Assembly: GCA_946414025.1 (NCBI GenBank)
Contig: CAMKMX010000005.1
Span: 15,032 to 79,031 of the forward strand
Origin: an uncultured Fibrobacter sp.
GTDB lineage: Bacteria > Fibrobacterota > Fibrobacteria > Fibrobacterales > Fibrobacteraceae
DNA length: 64,000 nucleotides
Reading direction: 5' to 3'
Positions 29,824-40,228 of this stretch are shown piece after piece. The translations under genes were made by a program, and so were the position numbers. The notes beneath the pieces are model-generated. The model was not told the origin of the DNA. It ran no database searches and saw only the letters and a list, made by a program, of their open reading frames with translations. Positions within the stretch are counted from its first letter, which is position 1, and each line of letters starts with the position of its first letter.

Positions 29824-31020
29824 CTACTTCAGGCGGGCCTTCAGGTCCGCTACTTCTTTTTGGGACAGTCCCAGCTTTTCCAGGTACTGTTCCGTGGCCT
29901 TGGCCAGGTCAACATTTTCGAAATCTTCGATATCCACACCCGCATCGGAGTAGGCCATTTTCATATTGCGGACAATCAGGGCCTGGAACCAGTCCAACTG
30001 CGACTCCGTAAGGCGCTGTTGCTTGCCATGCACCACATTGTAGTAGTTGTCGTAGGTCTTCACATAGTCCTTCTCCACCTCTTCGGCAGAAGCCCCCATC
30101 AGGGCTTCCAGCACGGCACTCACAAAGCCCGCACGGTCCTTGCCCATCTGGCAATGCACCAGATAGGGGGCTTCATTTTCTATCATGAATCGGAGTCCCT
30201 TTACCAGACCTTCCTTGAAAAGGTTGGTGGTGAACGACGCCGGCAAAGACAGGTAAACCACTTTTTGTGTAGCGTAGTAGGACTTGTCAAAACCCTCGTA
30301 GGCCTTGGCTCCCTTGTCCGTGTCCGTCAGGTTGATGAAGGTGGCCACCTTGGCCGCCTTGGCCAGGGAATCTGCGTATGTATTGCGGCCATCCACCGGG
30401 TCAATGGGGCTAGAGGAACGATAGAGCACCCCCTTCCCCATTCCCGTGGTAGCAATTTCCCTGAAGTTGGCAAAATCCGCCACGGACAGATCCGGATAGT
30501 TATCGATGACCAGTCCGTAGTTCTGGTATTCCAGCATTTCAAGGTTTTCCTTGAAGCCGCCCTTGTCCTTCAGAGCAACATTCACCTCGATGGGTAACTT
30601 GACGTCTTTCAGTCTGTAGGGGTATTCCGAACCTGCGGGGGCATTTTCTGCAATGCCAAGGGCAACGGCAAGTTGACCAAAGTTGATGCCCAGAGTCACG
30701 TGGGGCTTACCCGACACCACACGCAACAACAGTTCCCCGGGAGAAACGGCATCGTAGTCCGGCACAACGGGAACTTCCAGAGTGTCGTAACCGACCACCA
30801 TCACCGTCACAATGTCCCCCAGTTCAAATACCGCAAGGAACGAATCCGCCGCCACGTCCAGATTCAGGCTACCAAAGCTCAGCATGTCGATACCGTCTTT
30901 CTTGACGGTGGTGCTAAGCAGCACCTGGTCTTCGTCACTAGAAGAACTGGAGGAATCGCTGCAGGCCCCAAGGAACAAGGCCATAGCGAAAGAAAGAAGA
31001 ATTTTCAGTTTCTGGTTCAT
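29824..31020 (-). CDS. Lipoprotein with tyrosine/dual-specificity phosphatase domain
   Basis: Lipobox LGAC; ANFRE, LYRSS and P-loop HCQMGKDRAG. Confidence 0.85.
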   Translation of the reverse strand: MNQKLKILLSFAMALFLGACSDSSSSSSDEDQVLLSTTVKKDGIDMLSFGSLNLDVAADSFLAVFELGDIVTVMVVGYDTLEVPVVPDYDAVSPGELLLRVVSGKPHVTLGINFGQLAVALGIAENAPAGSEYPYRLKDVKLPIEVNVALKDKGGFKENLEMLEYQNYGLVIDNYPDLSVADFANFREIATTGMGKGVLYRSSSPIDPVDGRNTYADSLAKAAKVATFINLTDTDKGAKAYEGFDKSYYATQKVVYLSLPASFTTNLFKEGLVKGLRFMIENEAPYLVHCQMGKDRAGFVSAVLEALMGASAEEVEKDYVKTYDNYYNVVHGKQQRLTESQLDWFQALIVRNMKMAYSDAGVDIEDFENVDLAKATEQYLEKLGLSQKEVADLKARLK

Positions 31021-31055
31021 AGCATCCTCCTCTGATCGGCGACACCCGCCAAAAT

Positions 31056-33032
31056 TTACACCTTCGGCATCCTTACCGTCTTATTGAATTCTTCGGGTGT
31101 AGTGAAGGTGGGTACAATGTGATGCAAGGCAGAAATGGCGGTCTTGTCGTCATTTTCCTGAGCCGCATTTTTCAATGTCCAAAGCTCATTGATAAAGGTA
31201 TCGGCATCAATCTCAATCTGCTTTCCGATATAGATGAGCTTGTTCTTGGTCTTCTGCAGGCCCTCTTCATTCATCAGCAATTCCTCAAGCAGTTTTTCGC
31301 CAGGTCGCAGCCCCGTAAACTTGATTTCCACATCCTTGTAAGGCACCTTGCCATACATACGGATCAGGTTTTCGGCCAAGGTCACAATCTTCACGGGTTG
31401 GCCCATATCCAGCACAAAAATCTCGCCGCCGTGGGCAAAGCTCGCTGCCTCTAGCACCAGGTTCACCGCCTCGGGAATAGTCATGAAGTAGCGGATAACG
31501 TCGGGATGTGTCACCGTCACGGGCTTGCCCTGCTCTATCTGTCGCTTGAACAAGGGAATCACGGAGCCGTTGCTCCCCAACACGTTTCCAAAGCGGGTAG
31601 TCACAAATTCAGTCTTGCAGTCCTTTTGTTGTGCAAAGAACTGGACAATCATTTCGCAACAACGCTTGGACGCCCCCATCACGTTGGTGGGGTTCACCGC
31701 CTTGTCGGTGCTAATCATCACAAACTTTTTCACGTTATGCAGCAGGGAAAGGGTCGCCATGTTGAAAGTGCCCACCACGTTGTTCTTGATGGCTTCCATA
31801 GGATTATTTTCCATCAGGGGTACGTGCTTGTGGGCCGCCGCATGGAACACCACCTGGGGTTCGTACTTCTTGAAAATCTGGTTCATGCGGAAATAGTCGC
31901 GCACGCTGGCAATCAGAGTCACCAGGTTCAGGCGGTCGCCATACTCCATCACCAGTTCCTGCTGGATTTCGTAGGCATTGTTCTCGTAGATATCCACGAT
32001 AATCACCTGTTTGGGCCTGTACTTTGCAATCTGGCGCACCAGTTCGCTACCGATACTGCCACCACCGCCGGTAACCATGCAGACTTTACCCTCAATGAAC
32101 TCGCGAATTTCAGAATTGTTGAACTTGATGGGCTCGCGGCCAAGCAAGTCCTCCACCTTGATATCGCGGATTTGGCTTACAAAACTAGTAGCACCCGTAC
32201 CCACCGCAGAGGTATCCAAAAGACTCCCGATAAAGGGCAACACCTTCACCGGAAGGCCCGTCTTGCTGCAAATATCCAAAATCGTCTGACGATCCGTAGG
32301 CGGGCAGCTAGGAATGGCAAATATAATCTGTTCTATCCGTAATTCGCGCACCACCTTGGGAATATCCGATGTAGTTCCTGCCACTAGCACTCCACTAACA
32401 GGCTTGCCAATCTTATAACGGTCGTCATCAATCAAACACACGGGATTGATATTCTTGGCAGCCCCGGTACTCTCTCCACGGCTAGCATCTGTCTGGTTAT
32501 TGCGAATTTCATTTAGCAAAAGCTGAGCCGCATTCCCTGCACCGATAATCATGGTACGCTTGCGTTCGGCCTCGTGCATTCCCGTAGAAACCAAAGACAC
32601 AAAGGTCCTACGGAACAGGTAACGGAACAGGGAGACGCCCACTACGGCAACAACAGCATGGAGCAAGGCAAATTCCCAAAACAAATCCTTATGGAACAGG
32701 TACACCAGGCCATATGCCACGGCAATTCCCACGACAATTCCCTTGACGCAGCTCAGGTAATCCCGCTTGCTGAAATAGCGCCACAACTTGTTGTAGGCTC
32801 CAAAGAACAGAAGACTCCCAAAACAGCAGATAATGCTGGTGACAATAATGACAAATAGGTCCGGGCGGCCTATACGGTCGGCGAAAAGAGGCAGAGGGTA
32901 ATTGGCAATCAGGGCAGATACCGCCACCACAAAGGCATCAGCCAGGGCCAGCACCCGCTTACGCAAACGGAAGCTGTTCATCAGCGCCTTGAAGTGCACA
33001 TTTTCCTTAATTTTCTCTTTAATATCAGCCAT
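31056..33032 (-). CDS. Nucleoside-diphosphate sugar 4,6-dehydratase (CapD/PglF/WbpM family)
   Basis: N-terminal TM helices, EDLLGR, TGGGGSIGSEL, HAAAHKHVP, STDKAVNP, RFGNVLGSNGSV. Confidence 0.92.
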   Translation of the reverse strand: MADIKEKIKENVHFKALMNSFRLRKRVLALADAFVVAVSALIANYPLPLFADRIGRPDLFVIIVTSIICCFGSLLFFGAYNKLWRYFSKRDYLSCVKGIVVGIAVAYGLVYLFHKDLFWEFALLHAVVAVVGVSLFRYLFRRTFVSLVSTGMHEAERKRTMIIGAGNAAQLLLNEIRNNQTDASRGESTGAAKNINPVCLIDDDRYKIGKPVSGVLVAGTTSDIPKVVRELRIEQIIFAIPSCPPTDRQTILDICSKTGLPVKVLPFIGSLLDTSAVGTGATSFVSQIRDIKVEDLLGREPIKFNNSEIREFIEGKVCMVTGGGGSIGSELVRQIAKYRPKQVIIVDIYENNAYEIQQELVMEYGDRLNLVTLIASVRDYFRMNQIFKKYEPQVVFHAAAHKHVPLMENNPMEAIKNNVVGTFNMATLSLLHNVKKFVMISTDKAVNPTNVMGASKRCCEMIVQFFAQQKDCKTEFVTTRFGNVLGSNGSVIPLFKRQIEQGKPVTVTHPDVIRYFMTIPEAVNLVLEAASFAHGGEIFVLDMGQPVKIVTLAENLIRMYGKVPYKDVEIKFTGLRPGEKLLEELLMNEEGLQKTKNKLIYIGKQIEIDADTFINELWTLKNAAQENDDKTAISALHHIVPTFTTPEEFNKTVRMPKV

Positions 33033-33035
33033 AAA

Positions 33036-34544
33036 CTACCACATGAAAGAAATCCTGACGTCCGCAGTGTGGACATCACCCAAGGTCAACTCACCCGAAA
33101 AGCCTACAAACCGTCCGTTGTACCCGATGGCTGGAGCCACGGTATAAACAAGAGGCGCCCCATGGGCAAAACGCTTGCGCACCGTCTTGTAAGGGTCTTC
33201 GATGTTACTCCCGGCATCGGTGCCCTTCCACAGCCATTTCTGGTGTACGCCCGCAAACAACTGTCCAAGGGACCCAAGGGCCGCCTGGGCATATACCGTC
33301 CAGTCCACCGCCAAGCTGTTGGGGCCGTTGGGATTCCCTAGAGGAGCCCCCAGGTTCGCAAGCTGCGCATGGGCGGTATCGTAATGGCAATAGGTGTAGG
33401 GCTCCACACGGGCGATTTCGGCAATGGTACCCGCACTGAGTCGCTTTTGTCCCACGTAAAAGTCGTGGCCCGCCTGCAGGCCCAGCATGCCCGCCCAGCG
33501 GTTGTTGCTGTACTTGTTCTCGTAAACCGCATTGGGAGATTCCAAATCGTCCAAGAAGAATTCCCCGTAAAGGCGAACCGCGCTGAACAAGCGGTAGTTC
33601 AAGTCCAGGGCCAGAGCCCCGTTGTTTACCCGCTCGGTGTAGTTGCCCTTTTCAATAAAAAGCGGAGCGATGGGCACGAACAGCCAGGGCTTGTTCTCGT
33701 TGTACAGCACCTGGATTTCGCTCATGCCGATAGTCAAGTTTCCCAAGGCCAGTTCATAGCGGTGGGCATATAGATTCCGGTCGTTCAGGTTGTTCCTGCT
33801 GTAACTCCAGCTGTCCACCCGAAGGTCTGCATACACGCTGAATACCCGCAGGGGTCCAAAGGTCAGGTCCAGGGAGAGCATGTTATAGGGCAAGGCAAAC
33901 TGGTTCAAGGAAAGGTTGTTGTAGTATCCCGGCCCCCAGTGGAGTACGTCACGGGCCAGCTGCAGCCTTGCCCAGGCATAGTTCAGGGCCATGTGTGCCC
34001 TGTAGCGGGAATAGCTCACGTAGTCAGCACCGGCGTTGCCTTCCTTGGTCTGCACGTCAAAGACCTCGCCGTCAAAACTCTTGGGCTTCTTGGCGGAATG
34101 TTCACCGGCATACATACGGGCATCCAGATCGAAATCCAGGGAGTCGGCATAGCCCCGCAGGTAAATGCCCCCGTCAAAGGAGGGCCACAGGGTATCGCCC
34201 AAAGATTCGCTGCCACGGTACTCCGCCCCGAACACAGGAGACGCCGCCACCCCAAAGCTGTGGTTCCTGCCAAAGAACTCCCCGGTAGTATCGGCCATGA
34301 ACATCATGGCTCCGGATTCCGTGCGGGTAAAGTTCCGGATAAAGCCGTAGTCGCGCCTGGGGTAGGTAAAGAAGTGACGGTCCTCCCCCACGGTCTGCCG
34401 ATGGTACTCCATGAGCATGGGAGAACGTTCCAGGCCCTGCAAATTTCGGGTACGTTCGGAACCCACCACAGGGGCAGCCCCCGAGGTTCCGCACATAACC
34501 CAAAAAACGCTCCAGAAGAGCAATATCCGGAGTTTCATTTGCAT
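33036..34544 (-). CDS. Putative outer-membrane beta-barrel protein (capsule-assembly Wzi-like)
   Basis: Signal peptide, WGPG...LSL, AHRYE, YGEFFLDD, LG.P.GPNS, terminal aromatic residue; upstream of the CapD-like gene. Confidence 0.6.
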   Translation of the reverse strand: MQMKLRILLFWSVFWVMCGTSGAAPVVGSERTRNLQGLERSPMLMEYHRQTVGEDRHFFTYPRRDYGFIRNFTRTESGAMMFMADTTGEFFGRNHSFGVAASPVFGAEYRGSESLGDTLWPSFDGGIYLRGYADSLDFDLDARMYAGEHSAKKPKSFDGEVFDVQTKEGNAGADYVSYSRYRAHMALNYAWARLQLARDVLHWGPGYYNNLSLNQFALPYNMLSLDLTFGPLRVFSVYADLRVDSWSYSRNNLNDRNLYAHRYELALGNLTIGMSEIQVLYNENKPWLFVPIAPLFIEKGNYTERVNNGALALDLNYRLFSAVRLYGEFFLDDLESPNAVYENKYSNNRWAGMLGLQAGHDFYVGQKRLSAGTIAEIARVEPYTYCHYDTAHAQLANLGAPLGNPNGPNSLAVDWTVYAQAALGSLGQLFAGVHQKWLWKGTDAGSNIEDPYKTVRKRFAHGAPLVYTVAPAIGYNGRFVGFSGELTLGDVHTADVRISFMW

Positions 34545-34576
34545 TTGTTAGAAATATAAAAACATTAACTCAAGAC

Positions 34577-34663
34577 GTCATTCTAAGGGAGCGTAGCGAC
34601 TGAAGAATCCAGACTCGCGGTACCTACCGTATTCCCCTAAAACTAGTTCAGGGTCAGAATGAC
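34577..34663. repeat. GTCATT/ATGAC-bounded palindromic repeat (family III)
   Basis: gtcattct...agaatgac ends; related pieces at 39972, 40049, 42755-42803, 43062-43151, 44640-44677, 54155-54180, 55437-55500 and 59510-59534. Confidence 0.65.
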
Positions 34664-34676
34664 AACTGGGGTGGGG

Positions 34677-35624
34677 TTAAAACTTGATGGGATACAACAA
34701 GAACCAGTGGAATTCAGGATAAACTTGCACAGCCGGTGCAGGCAATTTGAAGTAGTTCAGGCTCTTTATCAGGGTGCGGGCCATGCGGCTCTGGGGGCGG
34801 AATGCTTCCAGGTCGTAGTCCAGGGCAATGTAAACTTCTCGATGGGGTGTTCCCTCGTAATGCTTGATAAACACGCCTTCATCGATACTGAGGCCAGCCG
34901 CAATGGCAAGCCAGCTGGGGTAATAGGCGCGTGCCCCTGCAGGGAGCATGCGATATATCTTGAAAGACGCCCAGAAAGTCTGGTTGCAGTAATCGTCGGT
35001 AAACACCTTGGAATGCCCTTCCCCCTGCCGGTAATACGCCTTGGTGTTAATCCAGTAACTCCACTTAAGGTCCACGTACTTGAACAGCGGCACGTAACGC
35101 TCTGCCATAGGCAAAAAACCGCCCAAAGTCCCAGACAACACATCAAAAATACTGAACCCCCACTTGGGGGAATAGGCGTCTTTCACGTCGATGGCGATGT
35201 GGGTCATCATGGCGGAAAGCCCAGCAAACAGGTAGGACTGGAACTCCGTAGCACCGGCCCAGCGGTACCCCTCGTAAAAGAGTTCGCCCATGGCCACGCC
35301 CGAGGCGAAATGCCCGAACTTGTCCAAGTTCAGGGCGTAGTCAAAGTCGTTCTCGAAATGGAAATGATTGCCCTGTTCGTCCCACCAGCCCTTGTCAAAA
35401 ACAAGCCAGTAGGCAGCCCCGTAGGCAATGAGCGTCAGGGAGGCGACACCACCCACCTTGAGCCAAGAGACTTCTCCTGCCAGGTCCGTAGAATCTTCGC
35501 TGCGGTAGTCCCAGGTAGAATCGCGCCAGGTGGGCGGATCGTAAGGAGCCGACAGCGAAGGCTGCACAAGGCACACCAGCGCAAGCACTAACACAGCGAG
35601 AATTTTTCGCATTGCAAAATTCAC
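34677..35624 (-). CDS. DUF2279/YfiM-like exported protein
   Basis: DKFGH, WGFSIFD and DDYCNQTFW motifs; signal peptide. Confidence 0.7.
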   Translation of the reverse strand: MNFAMRKILAVLVLALVCLVQPSLSAPYDPPTWRDSTWDYRSEDSTDLAGEVSWLKVGGVASLTLIAYGAAYWLVFDKGWWDEQGNHFHFENDFDYALNLDKFGHFASGVAMGELFYEGYRWAGATEFQSYLFAGLSAMMTHIAIDVKDAYSPKWGFSIFDVLSGTLGGFLPMAERYVPLFKYVDLKWSYWINTKAYYRQGEGHSKVFTDDYCNQTFWASFKIYRMLPAGARAYYPSWLAIAAGLSIDEGVFIKHYEGTPHREVYIALDYDLEAFRPQSRMARTLIKSLNYFKLPAPAVQVYPEFHWFLLYPIKF

Positions 35625-35647
35625 GCCAGCAAAGATAGAAAAATCTC

Positions 35648-35722
35648 AATTCAGAGTTCGGATTTCAGAATTCGGAATTATTTCTAGGCAATAAATTCCG
35701 AAATCCTAATTCCTAATTAAGA
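35648..35722. repeat. AATTCGG heptamer element with inverted arms
   Basis: aattcagagttcggatttcagaattcggaatt ... aattccgaaatcctaattcctaatt. Confidence 0.65.
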
Positions 35723-36952
35723 TTAGTCGCGGGCAAGCAAAAGCACGCTGTTCTGGCCACCAAAGCCGAAGCCGTCGGACAGGGCGTACTTGAAGTCGTG
35801 ACTGGTGTTCTTGTTTGCGCACACGTCCAGATGGATGCGTTCGTCCTGGTTGAACACGTTCCTCGTGGCATGAACCATCTGGTTCTGCAGGGACTTCACG
35901 GTAATAATAGCCTCGAGAGCACCGGCGGCACCCAGAGCATGCCCGATCATGCACTTGGAGGAGTTCACCTTCAGGCTGTCGCGGGCGCCGAACACCTTTT
36001 CCAGGGCAGAACATTCGGCCACGTCGCCAAGAGGAGTAGAGGTCCCGTGGGTGTTCACGTAGCCCACGTCGTTCGGAGAAATCCTTGCATCGCGGAGCGC
36101 CATCTCGATAGCGAGACGCACTCCTTCGCCGTCTTCGCGGGGAGCGGACATGTGGTGGGCATCGGCACTCATGCCAACGCCTGCGATACGGGCCAGAATG
36201 TTGGCGCCGCGCTTCTTGGCGTGAGAGAGGCTTTCAAGCACCAGAATGCCGGAACCTTCGCCCATCACAAAGCCATCGCGGTCCTTGTCGAAGGGGCGAG
36301 AGGCGGTGGACGGGTCGTCGTTACGCTTGCTCAGGGCATGCATGTTGGTAAAGCCAGCCAAGGCCAGCGGGTTCACCGTCTCGTCGGTACCGCCAGCCAG
36401 CATGATGTCGGCACGACCCAGACGGATGGCGTCGTAGGCGGCGGCGATGGAGTGGTTGGAGGTAGCGCAGGCGGAAACAACTGCAAAGCAGGGGCCCATC
36501 CAACCGGTACGGTTAGAAACTTCGCCGGCGGGCATGTTCACGATGGCCATGGGGATAAAGAAGGGGGACACACGGCTAGGGCCGCGGTTGGCTAGCGTCA
36601 CGGCGCTATCCGAATACATGTTCATGCCGCCCACGCCGGCACCGATAATCACGCCGGAGCGGCTGGGGTCTTCGGCCTTGGGGTCAATTCCTGCATTGGC
36701 CAGGGCCTTGTAGGCGGAATAGACGGCATACTGGATGCACTTGGAAAAACGGGACTGGTCGCGATTGCTGAAATATTCGGAACCGTCGAATTCCTTCACG
36801 GCGGCGGCAATCTTGATGGGGCATGCGCTTACGTCAAAGCGGTCAATGGTGGCAATGCCGGACTTTCCCTGCAAAAGATTATCCCAAAGGATATCGGGGG
36901 TGTTGCCAAGGGCCGAAACGCAGCCCATACCAGTGATTACGACTTCTTCCAT
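35723..36952 (-). CDS. fabF: 3-oxoacyl-ACP synthase II
   Basis: SACAT, RPFDKDRDGFVMGEG, HGTSTPLGD, GHALGAAG, GFGFGGQN. Confidence 0.93.
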   Translation of the reverse strand: MEEVVITGMGCVSALGNTPDILWDNLLQGKSGIATIDRFDVSACPIKIAAAVKEFDGSEYFSNRDQSRFSKCIQYAVYSAYKALANAGIDPKAEDPSRSGVIIGAGVGGMNMYSDSAVTLANRGPSRVSPFFIPMAIVNMPAGEVSNRTGWMGPCFAVVSACATSNHSIAAAYDAIRLGRADIMLAGGTDETVNPLALAGFTNMHALSKRNDDPSTASRPFDKDRDGFVMGEGSGILVLESLSHAKKRGANILARIAGVGMSADAHHMSAPREDGEGVRLAIEMALRDARISPNDVGYVNTHGTSTPLGDVAECSALEKVFGARDSLKVNSSKCMIGHALGAAGALEAIITVKSLQNQMVHATRNVFNQDERIHLDVCANKNTSHDFKYALSDGFGFGGQNSVLLLARD

Positions 36953-37157
36953 AATTGCTCCTATTGGTGTAACAAATTAACGCGGGCTAATATAGAAAAT
37001 AAAAAACTTACATTAAATGGTTTTATTTATCATTTGGCGAAAGTTGGCGACAAAAAGACACCACCGGTAAAAAACGGACAGAAAAATGCGATGAAAAGAT
37101 AACATTGGCACAGACTCATCTCTCAACTTTTTGAAAAAAACTAGATTTAGCACCGTT

Positions 37158-37712
37158 ATGGCAAAGATTAAAAGCGCACCGAACCTGGTGTGGATGGACC
37201 TGGAAATGTCGGGGCTCTACCCCGAAAAAGACGTAATCCTCGAAGTGGCCACCATAGTCACCGACCCGAACCTGAACATTCTCGCCGAAGGCCCGGTGCT
37301 TGCCATCTACCAGACCGAAAACATCTTCAACGGCATGGACGAGTGGAACTCCAAGCACCACAAGCAGAGCGGGCTTATCGACCGTTGCCGCAAATCCCGC
37401 TTTTCCATTGCCGACGCCGACCAGATGACCCTGGACTTTATCAAGCCCTTCACCCAGGAAAAACTGAACGTGCTCTGCGGAAACTCCATCACGCAGGACC
37501 GCAGGTTCATGTACAAGTACATGCCCAAGGTAACAGGCTGGCTGAACTACAGGAACATCGACGTCAGCTCCATCAAGGAACTCACCTTCCGCTGGTACCC
37601 GAACCTGCCCGAATTCAAGAAGCAAGAGAAGCACCAGGCCCTGGACGACATCCGGGAAAGCATCGCCGAACTGGCCTACTACCGCAAGACCATCTTCAAG
37701 GAATCCCTTTAA
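37158..37712 (+). CDS. orn: Oligoribonuclease
   Basis: WMDLEMSGL, LCGNS, YRNIDVSSIKEL, HQALDDIRESI. Confidence 0.95.
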   Translation: MAKIKSAPNLVWMDLEMSGLYPEKDVILEVATIVTDPNLNILAEGPVLAIYQTENIFNGMDEWNSKHHKQSGLIDRCRKSRFSIADADQMTLDFIKPFTQEKLNVLCGNSITQDRRFMYKYMPKVTGWLNYRNIDVSSIKELTFRWYPNLPEFKKQEKHQALDDIRESIAELAYYRKTIFKESL

Positions 37713-37715
37713 CAG

Positions 37716-39107
37716 ATGCCCATTCAACCCCTGCCCTACGCCCAACGACTCCGCAACCGCATTATCGCCCTAGGGATATTCGCGACCCTATGTTTCATGA
37801 TAGGCTCCTGCATTTTCGGAGGCGGCAAAAAAGAAGAAGTCGCAAAGCTCCCCGAAGCGCCGGAAGCACCCCTCGTTGCCGCCGACTCCGCGAGCGGCAC
37901 CTCCAGTAATCCAGTCAACGACAGCGCCGCAAGCGATTCCGGAGCAAGGGACATTGAAACCGCCATGGCCGAAGGTTCGCCCCTGACTCCCGCCGAGCAG
38001 AAGGCCGAAGACATGGCCAACGCCCAGGCCGCCATCACCGCGGCGGTCACGCCCGAGGTTCCCCCCGAAATCGAGGTCATCGACTCCACCCACATCAAGG
38101 CCCAGAAAAACGTGTTCCTGGCCGAAAAAATCGACAACATGCTCCGCCGTTTCAAGCCCATGTACGGCGTCATCTTGGTGGTGGACGTGCAGACCAACGA
38201 GATTATCGCCTGGGGCGAACGCAAAGACGAAAAGGTCCAGAGCACGCCGGACTTTTTCGTGAAGAACACCTTCCCCGCAGCCTCCCTGGCAAAGACCATC
38301 ACCATCGCCGCCGCCATGGACAGCAAGCGCTACTCCCTGAACACCCCCATCCCCATGATCGGCTCTTACCACACGCTTTACAAGAACCAGTTACGGGTCA
38401 AGGAAAACTACACGGGCCCAACCATCGAACTGCAAGACGCCTATGCCATGTCCGCAAACCCGCCCCTTGCCCTCATAGGCCTGAACGTTGGCGCAGGCAG
38501 GCTGAAAGAGGCCGCCAAGAAACTGGGCTACAACACCAACTTCCCAAGCGGCATCCCTGGCCGTTCCAGCTACACGCCACCCGACAGCGGCTACGGACTT
38601 GCCGAGGTAAGCTGCGGCTTTACGGAATCCACCACACTCACCCCGCTTTTGGCGGCGGCACAGGTCCGGGCGATTCTCGCAAAGAAACCTCTTGAAATCC
38701 CCTGGGCCGAAAACCTCGCGCCCTACGCTCCCAAGAACCGCATCGCCCTGAACGCAGGTTCCTTCAGCGAGAACACCTACTACGGGCTTAGGCAGGCCAT
38801 GATCCGCTCCATCACCAACGGAACGGCCCGCAAGCAGATTTCCACCCGGAACATGGCCCGCAAGAACTACAACGCCCTGGACATCGGCGGAAAGACCGGC
38901 TCCCTGGACGGGCACGACCCCTACGGACGCTACGAATGGTTCAAGGGATTCGCCCAGTCCAAGGAAGACCCCAAGAAAGCCATCGTGGTGGTCATCTTGC
39001 AGATTCACGACTTGCAAAAGGTCCGCAGCCAGCCCGCCACCCAGGTAGCCGCCATGATCATGAACTACTGGGCGCACCAGAATTTGAACACCAAGAAAGG
39101 AAAGTAA
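37716..39107 (+). CDS. Penicillin-binding transpeptidase-domain protein
   Basis: N-terminal TM anchor; SxxK (SLAK), SxN (SAN) and KTG (GGKTGS). Confidence 0.8.
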   Translation: MPIQPLPYAQRLRNRIIALGIFATLCFMIGSCIFGGGKKEEVAKLPEAPEAPLVAADSASGTSSNPVNDSAASDSGARDIETAMAEGSPLTPAEQKAEDMANAQAAITAAVTPEVPPEIEVIDSTHIKAQKNVFLAEKIDNMLRRFKPMYGVILVVDVQTNEIIAWGERKDEKVQSTPDFFVKNTFPAASLAKTITIAAAMDSKRYSLNTPIPMIGSYHTLYKNQLRVKENYTGPTIELQDAYAMSANPPLALIGLNVGAGRLKEAAKKLGYNTNFPSGIPGRSSYTPPDSGYGLAEVSCGFTESTTLTPLLAAAQVRAILAKKPLEIPWAENLAPYAPKNRIALNAGSFSENTYYGLRQAMIRSITNGTARKQISTRNMARKNYNALDIGGKTGSLDGHDPYGRYEWFKGFAQSKEDPKKAIVVVILQIHDLQKVRSQPATQVAAMIMNYWAHQNLNTKKGK

Positions 39108-39108
39108 C

Positions 39109-39966
39109 ATGGATTTGTCCTGGTGGAACCTGATTCCCACGTATTTTGACGGAACCGCATTCACGCTGGGGAGTTTCCCCGTGCGCTGGTACGGCATCAT
39201 GTACATTTTCGCCTTCGTCACGGGCTACCTGACCCTGACCCATATCAACAAGAAAGAAAACCTGGGCTACACCAAGGAACAGTTCGACAGCCTTTTCACC
39301 TGGATTATCGCGGGCATCATCATCGGGGCGCGCCTGGGCTACGTGTTCTTCTACAAGGCGGACTACTACCTCGCCAACCCCACCGAAATCCTTATTCCCA
39401 TGAGCAACGGGCATTTCGTGGGCATTTCGGGCATGAGCTACCACGGGGGGCTAATCCTTGGCACCGTGTTCACCATCATCGGCATCAAGCGCAACAAGAT
39501 GGACCTGTGGAAAACCCTGAACCTCTGCTTTCTGCTGGCGCCCCTCGCCTACACCTGGGGCCGCTGGGGGAACTTCATCAACGGGGAACTCTTTGGCGAA
39601 GTGACCACCAGCCCCATCGGCATGTGGTTCCCGCTGGCAAAGGACAGCCTGGTGAGCCCGCCGGTGCTCCACCACCCGAGCCAGCTCTACGAAATGCTCT
39701 TCGAAGGCGTTCTTTTGTTCGTAGCGCTCTACAACCTGCGCCGCATTCCAGTCCTCCACGACAAGATGCCCTGCCTGTACCTGATAGGCTACGGCACCGC
39801 ACGGTTCTTCATCGAGTTTTTCCGCATGCCCGATGCGCACCTGGGCCGTGTGGACCTGTTCGGCATGAGCCGCGGCCAGACGCTGTGCAGCCTCATGATT
39901 CTCACCGGACTTATTTGGCTGATCGTGCTAATCGTAAAGCAGAAGAAAGCCGCAAAGACTACCTAA
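39109..39966 (+). CDS. lgt: Prolipoprotein diacylglyceryl transferase
   Basis: VRWYG, GARLGY, GMSYHGG, GRWGNFINGEL, HPSQLYE. Confidence 0.96.
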   Translation: MDLSWWNLIPTYFDGTAFTLGSFPVRWYGIMYIFAFVTGYLTLTHINKKENLGYTKEQFDSLFTWIIAGIIIGARLGYVFFYKADYYLANPTEILIPMSNGHFVGISGMSYHGGLILGTVFTIIGIKRNKMDLWKTLNLCFLLAPLAYTWGRWGNFINGELFGEVTTSPIGMWFPLAKDSLVSPPVLHHPSQLYEMLFEGVLLFVALYNLRRIPVLHDKMPCLYLIGYGTARFFIEFFRMPDAHLGRVDLFGMSRGQTLCSLMILTGLIWLIVLIVKQKKAAKTT

Positions 39967-40012
39967 CACTTGTCATTGCGCAAGCGCAGTGAAGCAATCT
40001 CTACCCCTAATG

Positions 40013-40138
40013 TGGGGGAAGCCTCCCCCTCGTCAAAGCCTTGCTCCGTGTCATTCTGAGCGAAACGAAGTGGAGTCGAAGAATCTAGGGCAAGTCTTTG
40101 CCTACCCCCTCTCCTAGGGGCTTCGCCCCTAAAACCCC
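40013..40138. repeat. Palindromic repeat family II (GGGGAAGCCTCCCCCTCG...TACCCCCTCT..GGGG..CCCC) with nested family III hairpin
   Basis: Near-identical to 55398-55549; inverted relatives at 44523-44598 and 59662-59740; intragenic copy at 63669-63741. Confidence 0.75.
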
Positions 40139-40228
40139 ATCGCTCTTTCATTGTCATCCTCGCCCATTCGACCTTGCTCAGGGCAGGCTCCGGCGAGGAG
40201 CCGCTATCATTATGGTGGGTATGACCTT

